37,142 nucleotides of DNA from a bacterium. GTDB lineage: Bacteria; Patescibacteriota; Minisyncoccia; Phycocordibacterales; Phycocordibacteraceae. Shown here piece by piece: positions 15,920-25,550 of the stretch. The notes under the pieces were generated by a model that ran no database searches, was not told where the DNA came from, and saw only the letters and a list, made by a program, of their open reading frames with translations. The position numbers and the translations under genes are program-made. Position 1 is the first letter of the stretch. Each line of letters begins with the position of its first letter. The DNA lies in assembly GCA_021813835.1 (NCBI GenBank), contig JAKAJJ010000001.1, positions 1 through 37,142 of the forward strand. Reading direction: 5' to 3'.

Positions 15920-16039
15920 TAAAAAGCGCACATGCGACGCAGGCGATGTTGGGGGTGAGGAGTACTCACGCGGGTTGGCAACAAGACCTCCTGTCGCTCT
16001 GGAGAGGTATCTGAAATGTTGCTTAAGATATTCTAGTCG

Positions 16040-16062
16040 CTTGCATTAGCACTACGTGGTGC
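16040..16062. repeat. 23-bp direct repeat, copy 2 (cttgcattagcactacgtggtgc), spanning the 3' end of tRNA-Gly
   Basis: See 14922..14944. The last 6 nt are the CCA, the discriminator base and the last two acceptor-stem bases of tRNA-Gly. Confidence 0.8.
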
Positions 16063-16130
16063 GGGTAGGGAGAATCGAACTCCCGACTACTGCTTGGGAA
16101 GCAGTCGTTTTGCCACTAAACCATACCCGC
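16057..16130 (-). tRNA. tRNA-Gly (anticodon CCC), CCA encoded
   Basis: The reverse complement is GCGGGTATGGTTTAGTGGCAAAACGACTGCTTCCCAAGCAGTAGTCGGGAGTTCGATTCTCCCTACCCGCACCA. It forms a canonical cloverleaf with anticodon loop TTCCCAA. Confidence 0.93.
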
Positions 16131-16469
16131 CTAGAACCAGCCGAGAAGCCGCTGCCACCAGGACGGCGGCGCGGGCGGCGTCGTGGTCGCCGGCGGCACC
16201 ACTACGATAACCTCTTCTCCGGGGCGCGCAACGCCGAAGGCGGTCCGGATGGCCGCTTCCTGCCCGCGCTCGGTTTGAAGCGCGTCCAGGTTCGCCTGGA
16301 GCGTGTTCCGGCGCGATTCGAGCGCCCGGTACTGCGCCTGCGCGTCGTGGGCCTGCGAAATCGCCACCTGCGCCTTTCCGACGAGCCCCGCGATGATCGA
16401 CACGAGCCAGAGCGCGACAAGGACGAGGACGCCGAGGAGAATGCCCTGCCGGAGCTGCTTCGCGCGCAT
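16131..16469 (-). CDS. Septum formation initiator (FtsB/DivIC-like) family protein
   Basis: It has an N-terminal TM helix (ILLGVLVLVALWLVSIIAGL), then a coiled-coil (AQAQYRALESRRNTLQANLDALQTERGQE) and a Pro/Thr tail. The stop codon directly abuts the tRNA-Gly 5' end. TATACT lies 6 nt upstream of the ATG. Confidence 0.7.
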   Translation of the reverse strand: MRAKQLRQGILLGVLVLVALWLVSIIAGLVGKAQVAISQAHDAQAQYRALESRRNTLQANLDALQTERGQEAAIRTAFGVARPGEEVIVVVPPATTTPPAPPSWWQRLLGWF

Positions 16470-16576
16470 ACGGAAAGTATACCGCGCGGCCGGGCGCGGG
16501 GCGGCAGCTCGGGAGCGGGCCGGTTTTCAACGGAAAAATACGGCGTACCGGGAAAGAGCGCCGCCGACCTGTCCGC

Positions 16577-18361
16577 TCACCGGTCGCTCTCCTGCACCAT
16601 TTTCATAAAGACCTCCTCGGGAATATCCACCTTCCCGCGCGCGAGCAGCTTCTTCTTTCCCCGCTTCTGCTTCTCGAGGAGTTTTTTCTTGCGCGAGACG
16701 TCGCCGCCGTAGAGGTAGCCGGTCACGTCCTTGCGCATCGCCGAGAGGGTCCGCGACGCGATGATGCGTCCCAGGGCGCGCGCCTGGATCTTGGTCACGA
16801 AAAGCTGCTTGGGCAGGATGGCGTGGAGCTTGTCCACCATCTTTTCTGCTTCTTCCTGCACGCGCCGGCGGGCGACGATGCGCGCGAAGGCCGGCACGGC
16901 TTCCTCCGCGACGAGCACATCGAGGCGCACGACGTCCGCCGGCCGCTCGTCGAGGAATTCGTACGCGAGCGACGCATACCCCGAGGAAATGTTCTTCAGC
17001 CGATCGAAGAAGCCGCGCATCAGTTCCCGGAGCGGCATCTCCGCCGTGAGTTCTATGCGGCCGTCCGGAAACGTTTCGGTCGCTTTCGTGTCGGCCTCGT
17101 GCTCGTAGAGGAGCTGGACGAGCGCGCTCATCGCCTCGGGCGGCGCGATGACGATGACTTTCACCCACGGCTCGCGGATTTCCGCGATGTCGCCGTGTTC
17201 CGGGAATTTCGCGGGCGTGTACACGACCTCGCGCGCCCCGCTCGTGCGCGCCACCGCGTAGGAAATGGTCGGGATGGTGACGATGAGCGCGAGGCCGAAT
17301 TCGCGCCGCAGGCGCTCGGTAACGATCTCGAGATGCAGGAGGCCGAGGAATCCGCAGCGGAAGCCCCGCCCGAGCACGCCCGAGGACTCCTCTTCGAAGG
17401 AAAGGGACGAATCGGAAAGCCGCAGGCGCACGAGCGACTGCCGCAGCAAGGGCAGATCGTCCTGGCTCTCCGGATACACCGACGCCCAGACGACCGGCCG
17501 CGGGCGCGCGAACCCGGGGAGCGGCGGGAGCGCCCCCTTCGTGGGGCCGACGGTATCGCCGACGGCGACGACGCCCGCCTCCTTCACGCCCGTCACGACG
17601 TAGCCGATGTCTCCGGAGGAAAGGGAGTCGGAGGGCGTTTCTTCCGGCGTGAAGATGCCGGTCTCAAGCGCGACGAATTCCTGTCCCGCCGCGCGGAACC
17701 GGAGCGTCTGGCCCTTCCGGAAGGTGCCGTCGAACACGCGCAGGTATACCGCGATGCCGCGGTGGGCGGAATACGAGAAGTCGAAGATCAGCCCCCGCGG
17801 CTCGTCGCCCCTGCTCGCCGCGGGAGGAGGGACGCGCGAGACGATGGCGTCGAGGAGCGCGTCCACGCCCGCGCCGGTCTTCCCCGAGACGGCGAGCACC
17901 TCCGCGCTCGGCACGCCCGTAAGCTTGGCGAGTTCCGCCGTGACGTCGTCGACGCGCGCGGATGGCGCGTCGATCTTCGACACGACGGGGATGATGGCGC
18001 AGTTCTGGGCCTTCGCGGCCGCGAATGTCGTCAGGGTCTGCGCCTGGATCCCCTGCGTCGAGTCGACGAGGAGGAGGACGCCCTCGACCGCCGAGAGAGC
18101 GCGCGACACTTCGTAGGAGAAATCGATGTGGCCGGGCGTGTCGATGAGGTTCAGCACGTAGGCGCCGTAGCGCATCTGGACGGGCTGCATCTTGATGGTG
18201 ATTCCCCGCTCCCGCTCGAGGTCCATGCGGTCGAGCACCTGGGCGCGCATCTTGCGCGCCGGGATGGTTCCCGTGCGCTCGAGCAGGCGGTCGGCCAAGG
18301 TCGACTTTCCATGGTCGACGTGGGCAATGATGGAAAAATTGCGGATGGGGTCCGGGATCAC
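16577..18361 (-). CDS. lepA: Elongation factor 4 (LepA)
   Basis: The start is a GTG giving VIPDPIRNFSIIAHVDHGKSTLADRLL (G1 motif). DTPGHIDF and the conserved LepA C-terminal domain are present. The GTG overlaps the murJ stop (GTGA). The 806-aa track ORF is an upstream over-extension. Confidence 0.93.
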   Translation of the reverse strand: MIPDPIRNFSIIAHVDHGKSTLADRLLERTGTIPARKMRAQVLDRMDLERERGITIKMQPVQMRYGAYVLNLIDTPGHIDFSYEVSRALSAVEGVLLLVDSTQGIQAQTLTTFAAAKAQNCAIIPVVSKIDAPSARVDDVTAELAKLTGVPSAEVLAVSGKTGAGVDALLDAIVSRVPPPAASRGDEPRGLIFDFSYSAHRGIAVYLRVFDGTFRKGQTLRFRAAGQEFVALETGIFTPEETPSDSLSSGDIGYVVTGVKEAGVVAVGDTVGPTKGALPPLPGFARPRPVVWASVYPESQDDLPLLRQSLVRLRLSDSSLSFEEESSGVLGRGFRCGFLGLLHLEIVTERLRREFGLALIVTIPTISYAVARTSGAREVVYTPAKFPEHGDIAEIREPWVKVIVIAPPEAMSALVQLLYEHEADTKATETFPDGRIELTAEMPLRELMRGFFDRLKNISSGYASLAYEFLDERPADVVRLDVLVAEEAVPAFARIVARRRVQEEAEKMVDKLHAILPKQLFVTKIQARALGRIIASRTLSAMRKDVTGYLYGGDVSRKKKLLEKQKRGKKKLLARGKVDIPEEVFMKMVQESDR

Positions 18362-20040
18362 GGCTGTGCCGGCTCTTCGGCGGACGGCGGGAGGACGGCG
18401 GCGGGGCTCTCGTCCGCGCGGACGAGCCGGCCGAGCGCGCCGACGATGACGCGGAATTCCTCGTTCCCCATAAGGAGGAGCGCGAGCGCTGAAGCGGCAA
18501 GGCCCACGATACCAGCGATGAGACCCTGCGTGAAGACGGCCGCCAAAGTCGTGAGGGGCGCGATGCCGCCGAGAAACGCGAGCGTCGCGTAGGCCGCGCC
18601 GCCGCCGGCAAGCGCGGCGGCGGCGCCGTCGACAAGCGGCCGGGCGAGCGTCCGCGCGAGGTCCGGCGCGGCGCTCCGCAGCGCCACAAGCGACAGGAGC
18701 GCGAGGAAAAGCTGGCCGAGCGTGGCCGCGAGCGCGAGGAGGAGGATCGCGATGCCGGGAACGTCGCCGACGCGCAAGAGCGAGGCGAGGGCGGAAGGCA
18801 TACCGGAAACGGGCAGCGCGAGGAAGATGACGGCGAGGAACACGGTGAGCGCGCCGCCGGCAATTTGGTACAGGAGCGGCCGCCACGACTGGCGCACGGC
18901 ATACAGGGCGCGGGAAAAGAGCAGGACGAGCCCCTGCGCGACGAGCCCGGCGGCGAGGAGGGCGAGGAGGGCCGCGGTGAGGCGCGTCGCATTCCAATCG
19001 AACGCGCCCGAGCCGAGGATGACGCGCACGAGGTGCGCGCGCAGGACGACGATGAGGCCGAGCGCGACGACCGACCAGAGGATGACGTGCCGCGCGCTCG
19101 CGGAGAGGATGCGGGTGAATTCCCCGCGCTTCTCCGGCGCCGACGCTTCGGAGAGCGCGGGGAACGCCGCCACGGCATAGGAAGAGCCGATGAGGGCGAG
19201 CGGGACCGCCTCGAGATTCCCCGCGAGGGTGAAGACGGACACCGCGCCCGTGCCGACCCGCGACGCGAGCGCCGTGAGGACGAGCGCCGTGACGGAACCC
19301 ATCCCGAGCGCCAAGGAGCGCGGCACGGAATCGCGGACGACCGGCACCATAATGGCGCGCGTCGGCAGCGCGAAGCGCGGCACGACGCGCGCGGCGGCGA
19401 CGACCGGAATGTTCACGGCGAGGTAGGCGGCCGCGCCGACGACGACGCCGATGCCGATGCCGATGAGGCCGAAGGCGGGATAGAGGAACACGGTGCCGCC
19501 GATGATGCCGAGGTTATAGAGTACCGGCGAAAGCGCGAAAAGGACGAAGCGGCGGTGCACCTGCGTCACGCTCGCAAGCACGCCCGAAAGCCCGAGCAGG
19601 ATGGGTTGCAGGAGGAGGAGACGCGCGAGAAGGACGAACTCCGCCTGATGCGGCGAGGCGACGAAATCCGGATAGAGGAACGCGAGGAACTGCGGCATAA
19701 AAAGCGCGAGCGTCGCGCAGATCGCGCCGCCGACGCCCGCGAGGAACGTCGCCGACTCGGAAAGGAGCCGCTCTGTCCCTTCCCTGCCGAGCCCCGTGAT
19801 GCGCGGGATGAGCACGTAGGCGCTGACGAGCGACGAAACGAGCGCGAACACGAGGTCCGGAACGCGGAAGGCCGCATAGTAGAGGTCGAGTACCGGCCCG
19901 GCGCCGAACGAGTGCGCGAATGTCCTGTCGCGCAGGAGCGCGAGAATTTGCGAGGCGAGCGTGAGCGCCGCGAGCAAATACGCGGCCTGATGCAGGCCGC
20001 GTACCGGTGCCGCGATGCGCTCGAGGATCCTCCTCACCAT
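18358..20040 (-). CDS. murJ: Lipid II flippase MurJ (MviN family)
   Basis: The N-terminus AAYLLAALTLASQILALLRDRTFAHSFGAGPVLDLYYAAFRVPDLVF is typical of MurJ. The protein is 560 aa and polytopic. Confidence 0.9.
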   Translation of the reverse strand: MVRRILERIAAPVRGLHQAAYLLAALTLASQILALLRDRTFAHSFGAGPVLDLYYAAFRVPDLVFALVSSLVSAYVLIPRITGLGREGTERLLSESATFLAGVGGAICATLALFMPQFLAFLYPDFVASPHQAEFVLLARLLLLQPILLGLSGVLASVTQVHRRFVLFALSPVLYNLGIIGGTVFLYPAFGLIGIGIGVVVGAAAYLAVNIPVVAAARVVPRFALPTRAIMVPVVRDSVPRSLALGMGSVTALVLTALASRVGTGAVSVFTLAGNLEAVPLALIGSSYAVAAFPALSEASAPEKRGEFTRILSASARHVILWSVVALGLIVVLRAHLVRVILGSGAFDWNATRLTAALLALLAAGLVAQGLVLLFSRALYAVRQSWRPLLYQIAGGALTVFLAVIFLALPVSGMPSALASLLRVGDVPGIAILLLALAATLGQLFLALLSLVALRSAAPDLARTLARPLVDGAAAALAGGGAAYATLAFLGGIAPLTTLAAVFTQGLIAGIVGLAASALALLLMGNEEFRVIVGALGRLVRADESPAAVLPPSAEEPAQP

Positions 20041-20054
20041 CGTCCTATACTACC

Positions 20055-22418
20055 TCACTGTACCGGGGCCGTGGATGCGGAGAGGAGGTTCCTCGGGAAC
20101 GGGTCTTTGCCCGCTCCAAGCGCCGAAAGCTGCGGGGCGACCGCCTTGGCGTTGTCGCTCGAGAGCGCGGCGATGGCTTGCATCTGCGCGAGCGCGTTTT
20201 TCATGTCGCCCTGCTTCGCGTACACCGCCGCGAGGAAGTAGCGCGCGTTCGCGAACTGCGGATTCGCCGCGACCGCTCCCGCGAGCGCCTGTTCGGCGCC
20301 CGGAAGGTCGTTCGACGCCGCGCGCAAGACGCCGACCTGGAAGAGGATGTTCGGGTCGTTCGGCGTGAAGTAGGCGGCGGCTTCCGCGGAGGCGAGCGCG
20401 TCCTTCACGTTGCCGTCCTGCACCTCGAGCTGGGAGAGGAGGAAGATGGCGGCGGTGTAATCCTGCTTGAGCGCGACGGCGGCCTTGAGGTCCGCTTCGG
20501 CGGCTTTCGTGTCTTTGTTCGCGATATCGAGCTGGGCGAGGATATAGGGGATTTGGGGATTGGTCGGGTTCAGCGCTTGCGCCTTGCCGTAGGCGGTCTT
20601 CGCGCTGTCGTAGGCGCCGGACACCTTGAGCGGCACCGCCTGCGCGTAGAGGTTCCCGAGCGCGAGCCAGTTCTGGTAGTCGTCGGGCGCGAGGCGCGTC
20701 GCGGTCAAAGCCGCGTTGATGCCGGTCGAAAGCGCCGCCTGGAAGGCCTGCTGGGCGGCGGCGGCGCTCATCGTCGAGGATGCCGCGATCTGGCTCAAGC
20801 GCGCGCTCGCGACGGCGGCCTGAGTCTGGTAGGCGGATGCGGACGGCGCGAATGCGAGGGAACCCTGCACCGCGCTGTCGGCCGCGTCGAGATTCCCGGC
20901 CGAAAACGCCGCATCGGCGCGCGCGAGCTCGGTCGCGGCGACGTACCGCTCGACGAGCGTGTAGGCGGCGGCGACGGACGCGAGGAGAAGGAGCGTGAGC
21001 GAGAACACGATGACGAAGCCGAGGCGCGGGCTGCGCGCAAAGAGGATGCCCCACTGCCCGCCGCGCGCGGCGTAGCGCATCGTGGACGCGAAGAGTCCGG
21101 CGAAGACGAAGAGGAGCGCGAGGATGACCGTGCCCGGCAGATCGAACACGGCAGCCGCGGCGAGATACGCCGTCGCGACGAACGCGAGTATCGCGACGTA
21201 GCGGACGAACGCGTCCTCGGGCGCGCGCAGGATGAGCATGCGCAAGCCGAGCACCGCAAAGAGCGCGAGGAACGCGATCCACGCGACGGCGCCGACGAGG
21301 CCGGTCGTCGCGAACGACGTCGGGATGAAGCCGATGCCGGAGGTGAAGTCGATATTCCAGAAGACGGTCGTATTGAGCGACGGATCGCGGTGCTTGAGCC
21401 ACGCGGCGCCGAAGGTGCCCGGGCCCGAGCCGAGGACGGGCGACGAGGCGTAGACGTCGCGCACGATCGACAGCGTCGACTGCCATGAGGGACGGACGTT
21501 GAGGACGTTCACGTGGAACGCGCTCGCGAGCGCGCCGCCGAGCGTCCCGCCGATGAAGAAAAAGATCGAGACCGCGAGAACGACGAGCGGCGCGATAAGC
21601 GAGCGGGTGCCGGTGTCCGCGCCGCTCGGCATCTCGCTCACGACGACCGCGTCGTCGAGGTCGGCGTCCGCGGACGACGCGCGGCGGCGCATCACCGCCT
21701 CGACGAAGAGGCCGAGCGATACGAGCGCGAGGAGCGTCCAGACGAACGAGGAGTTCGCGACCGCGAGGACGGCGAGCGCGATGACGCCGAGAACGAGGAG
21801 CAGGCGGCGCGCGCGCGGCGCGAGCTCGAGGAAACGCAGCGTAATGAGGACGCCCGCGACGCCGAGACCGAGGAAAAGCGCGAGGTCTTCAAGCGAGCCG
21901 ATGAGCGAGAACGTCGGCGGGATCGTGTTCGGCGCGAACTGCCCCGCGATGATCGTGAGCGCTTCGAGAACGGCGATGGCGCCGAAAAGCCAGGCGCCCG
22001 CGCGCAGGAAGAGCCGGTAGTGCTCGGGGCGCCGGAGCGCGAGCGCGGCGAGCGTGCCGAGCACGGCGGCGGCCAGGATGAAGCCGAAGGTATCCGGCTC
22101 GAGAGCAGTCCCCCAGAACGCGTTCGCGAACGGGATGCCCGAGAACGCGGAGGAGAGCGCGTAGGCGAGGGCGGGAAGCCACAGCGCGACGACGAGCGCG
22201 ATCGGCGGAAAAATCACATTGCCGCGCGAGAGGCGCGCGAGGATGTAAAGCGCGAGCGTGACGAGCGTGCCGGCGGCAAGGAGGAACGTCTTCGTCGCCG
22301 CGAAAGGAAACGCGGACGATGGGATGACGACGATGAGGGCGAGGACGAGGGCGGCGACGAGCGCGATGACGCTTCCCGTCTCGACCGAGGAGCGGACACT
22401 AGACGGCTGTGGAGGCAT
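20055..22418 (-). CDS. Polytopic membrane protein (O-antigen ligase/Wzy-like) with C-terminal TPR repeats
   Basis: More than ten TM helices precede TPR-like repeats (NWLALGNLYAQA..., AKTAYGKAQALNPTNPQ..., ARYFLAAVYAKQGDMKNALAQ). The ATG at 22418 is preferred; a TTG at 22436 is also possible. Confidence 0.8.
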   Translation of the reverse strand: MPPQPSSVRSSVETGSVIALVAALVLALIVVIPSSAFPFAATKTFLLAAGTLVTLALYILARLSRGNVIFPPIALVVALWLPALAYALSSAFSGIPFANAFWGTALEPDTFGFILAAAVLGTLAALALRRPEHYRLFLRAGAWLFGAIAVLEALTIIAGQFAPNTIPPTFSLIGSLEDLALFLGLGVAGVLITLRFLELAPRARRLLLVLGVIALAVLAVANSSFVWTLLALVSLGLFVEAVMRRRASSADADLDDAVVVSEMPSGADTGTRSLIAPLVVLAVSIFFFIGGTLGGALASAFHVNVLNVRPSWQSTLSIVRDVYASSPVLGSGPGTFGAAWLKHRDPSLNTTVFWNIDFTSGIGFIPTSFATTGLVGAVAWIAFLALFAVLGLRMLILRAPEDAFVRYVAILAFVATAYLAAAAVFDLPGTVILALLFVFAGLFASTMRYAARGGQWGILFARSPRLGFVIVFSLTLLLLASVAAAYTLVERYVAATELARADAAFSAGNLDAADSAVQGSLAFAPSASAYQTQAAVASARLSQIAASSTMSAAAAQQAFQAALSTGINAALTATRLAPDDYQNWLALGNLYAQAVPLKVSGAYDSAKTAYGKAQALNPTNPQIPYILAQLDIANKDTKAAEADLKAAVALKQDYTAAIFLLSQLEVQDGNVKDALASAEAAAYFTPNDPNILFQVGVLRAASNDLPGAEQALAGAVAANPQFANARYFLAAVYAKQGDMKNALAQMQAIAALSSDNAKAVAPQLSALGAGKDPFPRNLLSASTAPVQ

Positions 22419-22520
22419 AATGAATGAGCGGTGCAAAGGGGATAATGCTCCCTAGTATATCGCGCGGGTATGCCTGTCGAGGATCTATCTCCACAGAGAA
22501 AAACGTGGTATAGTCCATAC

Positions 22521-22994
22521 GGACCGGGCCAGGCGACCGCTCGCACACTGATGTGTGACGGGAGGAAAGTCCGAACACGGCCCGCCACACTTCTGCAGTG
22601 TGACGGGAGAACGGTAGCGGGTAACGCCCGCACGCCGCAAGGCGCGAGGTGCGAGCAGAGACGACCGAGGGCGAAAGCCCGAGGGAGTCCCGCCCCGATT
22701 TTGCCGCTGATATCGGAACGAGCTTACAAGGACTGATTCCGTACGTATGCGGTGCGGCGCAGAGCCGGAATAGGCCGAGCGCAGCGAGTGCGCCGCCGTA
22801 CGTATCGGCAGCAAAATCGGGGCGGGGCGAGTCCGGGAGGCGACTTCCGGGGTGAAACGGCTAAATCCTTACCTCCGTGCAAGGCCGTACCTTTTCCGCC
22901 GGTGGCGGAGAAGGGGTGCCGCTTGAGGCCTCGAGCGATCGAGGTCCCAGATAAATGGTCGTCCGCGACAGAATTCGGCTTACCGGCCCGGTCC
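22521..22994 (+). ncRNA. rnpB: RNase P RNA, bacterial type A, with an expanded helix
   Basis: The conserved P4 strands GGGAGGAAAGTCCGAACAC and ACAGAATTCGGCTTAC are present. GCGGGTAACGCCCGC, GGGTGAAACGG and CAGATAAATGG are also present. P1 pairs ggaccgggcc with ggcccggtcc. TATAGT lies 6 nt upstream. Confidence 0.93.
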
Positions 22995-23002
22995 TCAAAG
23001 AT

Positions 23003-23038
23003 GCAAGAACCCGCGCTCCTGCGCGGGTTCTTGCTTTT
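23003..23038. terminator. Rho-independent terminator between rnpB and the nrdJ 3' end
   Basis: gcaagaacccgcgc and gcgcgggttcttgc form a 14-bp stem with loop tcct, followed by TTTT on the + strand. Confidence 0.8.
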
Positions 23039-23048
23039 CCTGCCCTGT

Positions 23049-25514
23049 TCAGACGATCTCGCAGGTGCCGCCGGCGCAGGCGAGTTCTTTCTTCATCTCC
23101 GTCTCGTCCTGGCGCTCGTACGCGATCAGCTTCGAGTAATCCACCTTGGGGAAACGGGACAGGCGTTCCTCGTATTCTTCTTTCGTGATCGTCTCGTAGG
23201 GCGCGAGCCGGTAGACGTGGTTGGCGCGCGGGAGGAAGGACAGGCCGCCGATGATGTCCCAGTTCCTCTGGAGCCAGTCGACGACGCCGATCCATTCGTC
23301 CTCGCCCACGGATATCGTCGCGGACGGATTGTGTTCGGTGTAATTGAGCTTCACCCGCTTCCAGTACTCGAGCTGTTCGAGCGCCGTGAGGGTGTCCTTG
23401 AAGCGCGCGTCCTTGGAGTGGTCGGGCGCCTTCACGGGGAACTCGAGCACGTAGGTATTCGCGTCCTCGAGCGACTGCCCCACTTCCGGATAGTACGGGA
23501 CGCCCGCGTCGCGCATCAGTTTGAAGAGGGAGTCGGTCGCGCTGATGCGCACGCGGCGGATGTAGTACGGCGCGTGGCGCGGGTGGATGCCGGAGGCGCA
23601 GTTGAAGGTCTGCGAAACCGTGCCCGAGGGCTTGATGGAGGTTACCGCCGTCGACCGCTCGACGCCGAAGCGCTTCGCGTACGCCGCGTTCGTCTTCACG
23701 GCGATGTCGCGGAGCGCGCGCATCACCTCCGGGCGGCGCGCGAAGGGCGAATCCCACTGCCCCGTCACGGAGACGCCGAGGAGGCGTTCCGCGCGGCAGT
23801 GGTCGATCCAGTCCTTCGAGATGTAATTGAATTTCGTCAGCGTCGACTGGTACGTGCCGAGGATGGCGGCGAGGCGCGTTTTCTTCGCGAGCGTGGCTTC
23901 GGTGTCGCCCGCGCGCGCGATGACTTCCGAAAGATTGCAGAACTGCTTCGACTGCAGGATGATCTCCGCGCACGGGTTCGTGCCGATGGGGCCGTGCACG
24001 ACGCCGTTCTCGCCGATGAATCCGACCTTCCGGAAATAGTCGGCACGGCGCTTCGGCAGGGTCTTCGCGAGCGAGCCGCGATTGAAGATGCCGCGCTCGC
24101 CCGCGCCGCTTTTCATCAGCGCGACCCATTCGTCCATCAGCTGCGCATTCGTCGGCTGCATCTCGTAGACGGCGGAGTTGTTCGCCACCGAGCGGTGCGG
24201 GTCGGTCATATAGAACTGGCCCTTTTTCGCGTCGCGCATCTCGACGTCGTCGAGGTCGGAGAGCGAGATCATCGCCGTGCGGCGCACTCCGCCGGCCACC
24301 ACGCATTCGCCGATCTTGCAGATGATGTCATGCGCGTCGATGTTCCGGAGGCGCCGCCCCTGACGCGCGAGCACGCGCTCGCGCGCGAAGGCGAGGAGGT
24401 TCTTGAGGGGCTCGGGGCCGGAGGCCTTGCCGCCCATCGTCTTCAGACGCGCGCCGGCCGGCCGGACCTGCGAAAAATCGAACGCGATGTCCTTGCCCGC
24501 GTACCACGTCCGGAGGCCGAGCGTGAGGGCGTCGCACCACCCCTCTTTCGAATCGCCGACGACGTGCGTCGGGAGCTTCTCGCCCGTCTGCTTCATTATC
24601 TGCGGGAGCTGTTCGATGTTCTGGCTCTCCACCGCGAAGCCGACGCCGCAGCCCTGCATCGACAGATACATAATTTCCGCGAAATCCTCGATCCTCGTCG
24701 GCGCGGTGAACGTGCAGTTATAGGCGCACGTGTTGCAGCGGCGGGCCGCTTCGCCCGAGAACTGCATCAGGCGCATCGAGGGCATCACCCACTGCTTCAG
24801 GATGCCTTCGCGCACTTCCGCGTACTCTTTTTCGGTGAGCTTGTTCCCGAGATTCTCGCGCATAAATCCCACATACCGGTCGACGGTCTCCACCCACGTC
24901 TCGCGCCGGCCCTCCTCGGGGATCCATTTCGCGTACGTGCGCAGATAGACGAACTCGCCGAGCGGGTTCCCCGCGAAATATTTCCTGCTCTCCTCCGCGA
25001 GCTTCCGCACGCGGGGCGGAATATCGACTTTCGCCGCGCGCAGTTGCGCGCGCTTGTCGCGGTAGAGGATGTAGGACTTCGCCGCCTTCACGTAGTCGTT
25101 CAGGATGAGGTACTTCTCGACCGAGTCCTGCGTGCCTTCGACGGTCGGCAGGAAGCTCCGGTACTTCTTCGCGAAGCGCGCGAGCTCCCCGACCACCTGG
25201 TGCGCGACGAGAACCGCTTCGTCCTGGCTCCCCTCCTCCGCAGCCATCATTGCTTTCCAGATCGCGGTGACGATCTTATCGAAATCGAACGGCACGAGGC
25301 GCCCGTCGCGTTTCTCGATGTTCGGAATCACTTCGCGGTAGCGCCGGGTCTCTTTCGAGATTGGCGGCTCGATCGTCTCTTCGGCGCGCAGGACGGGCGC
25401 TTTCGCGCGGAGGGGGGCTTTTGCGGTTCTCGTCATACAACAAGCGGGTGAGGGATAATGCGCGCACGAGGACGTCTCGCGGTTCGGGATGTTCGTCGTG
25501 CGGCGTACCGTCAT
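23049..25514 (-). CDS. nrdJ: Ribonucleotide reductase, class II (adenosylcobalamin-dependent) NrdJ
   Basis: It is 821 aa. The N-terminus is ATP-cone-like (IEKRDGRLVPFDFDKIVTAI). GCGVGFAVE and the active-site TNPCAEI are present, with a C-terminal Cys pair in ACAGGTCEIV. GGGAG lies 5 nt upstream of the ATG at 25514. Confidence 0.88.
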   Translation of the reverse strand: MTVRRTTNIPNRETSSCAHYPSPACCMTRTAKAPLRAKAPVLRAEETIEPPISKETRRYREVIPNIEKRDGRLVPFDFDKIVTAIWKAMMAAEEGSQDEAVLVAHQVVGELARFAKKYRSFLPTVEGTQDSVEKYLILNDYVKAAKSYILYRDKRAQLRAAKVDIPPRVRKLAEESRKYFAGNPLGEFVYLRTYAKWIPEEGRRETWVETVDRYVGFMRENLGNKLTEKEYAEVREGILKQWVMPSMRLMQFSGEAARRCNTCAYNCTFTAPTRIEDFAEIMYLSMQGCGVGFAVESQNIEQLPQIMKQTGEKLPTHVVGDSKEGWCDALTLGLRTWYAGKDIAFDFSQVRPAGARLKTMGGKASGPEPLKNLLAFARERVLARQGRRLRNIDAHDIICKIGECVVAGGVRRTAMISLSDLDDVEMRDAKKGQFYMTDPHRSVANNSAVYEMQPTNAQLMDEWVALMKSGAGERGIFNRGSLAKTLPKRRADYFRKVGFIGENGVVHGPIGTNPCAEIILQSKQFCNLSEVIARAGDTEATLAKKTRLAAILGTYQSTLTKFNYISKDWIDHCRAERLLGVSVTGQWDSPFARRPEVMRALRDIAVKTNAAYAKRFGVERSTAVTSIKPSGTVSQTFNCASGIHPRHAPYYIRRVRISATDSLFKLMRDAGVPYYPEVGQSLEDANTYVLEFPVKAPDHSKDARFKDTLTALEQLEYWKRVKLNYTEHNPSATISVGEDEWIGVVDWLQRNWDIIGGLSFLPRANHVYRLAPYETITKEEYEERLSRFPKVDYSKLIAYERQDETEMKKELACAGGTCEIV

Positions 25515-25550
25515 TTTACTCCCGCGCCACCCAAATGCCCTGTGGATAGT

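Noticed and set aside
16577-18997. An 806-aa ORF extends lepA far upstream, overlapping murJ.
   Set aside because: The upstream 200 aa are Arg/Pro/Ala-rich junk in a frame overlapping the well-supported murJ gene. LepA homology begins at a GTG (18361) that overlaps the murJ stop, giving a normal 594-aa EF4.
22752-25451. Very long alternative-frame or antisense ORFs occur. Examples are 22752..25451 +, 5278..6744 -, 20007..21488 +, 35132..37072 +, 16823..18592 + and 18865..20241 +.
   Set aside because: Their Arg/Gly/Asp/Glu/Pro-rich low-complexity translations are typical of stop-codon-poor GC-rich DNA. Each lies opposite to or overlapping a gene with clear family motifs or the rnpB RNA.
25515-25550. 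I looked for a cobalamin riboswitch or a NrdR box upstream of nrdJ.
   Set aside because: The intergenic space to the upstream DUF192 gene is only about 36 nt and contains just an RBS. No palindromic NrdR-box-like or B12-box sequence was recognised.
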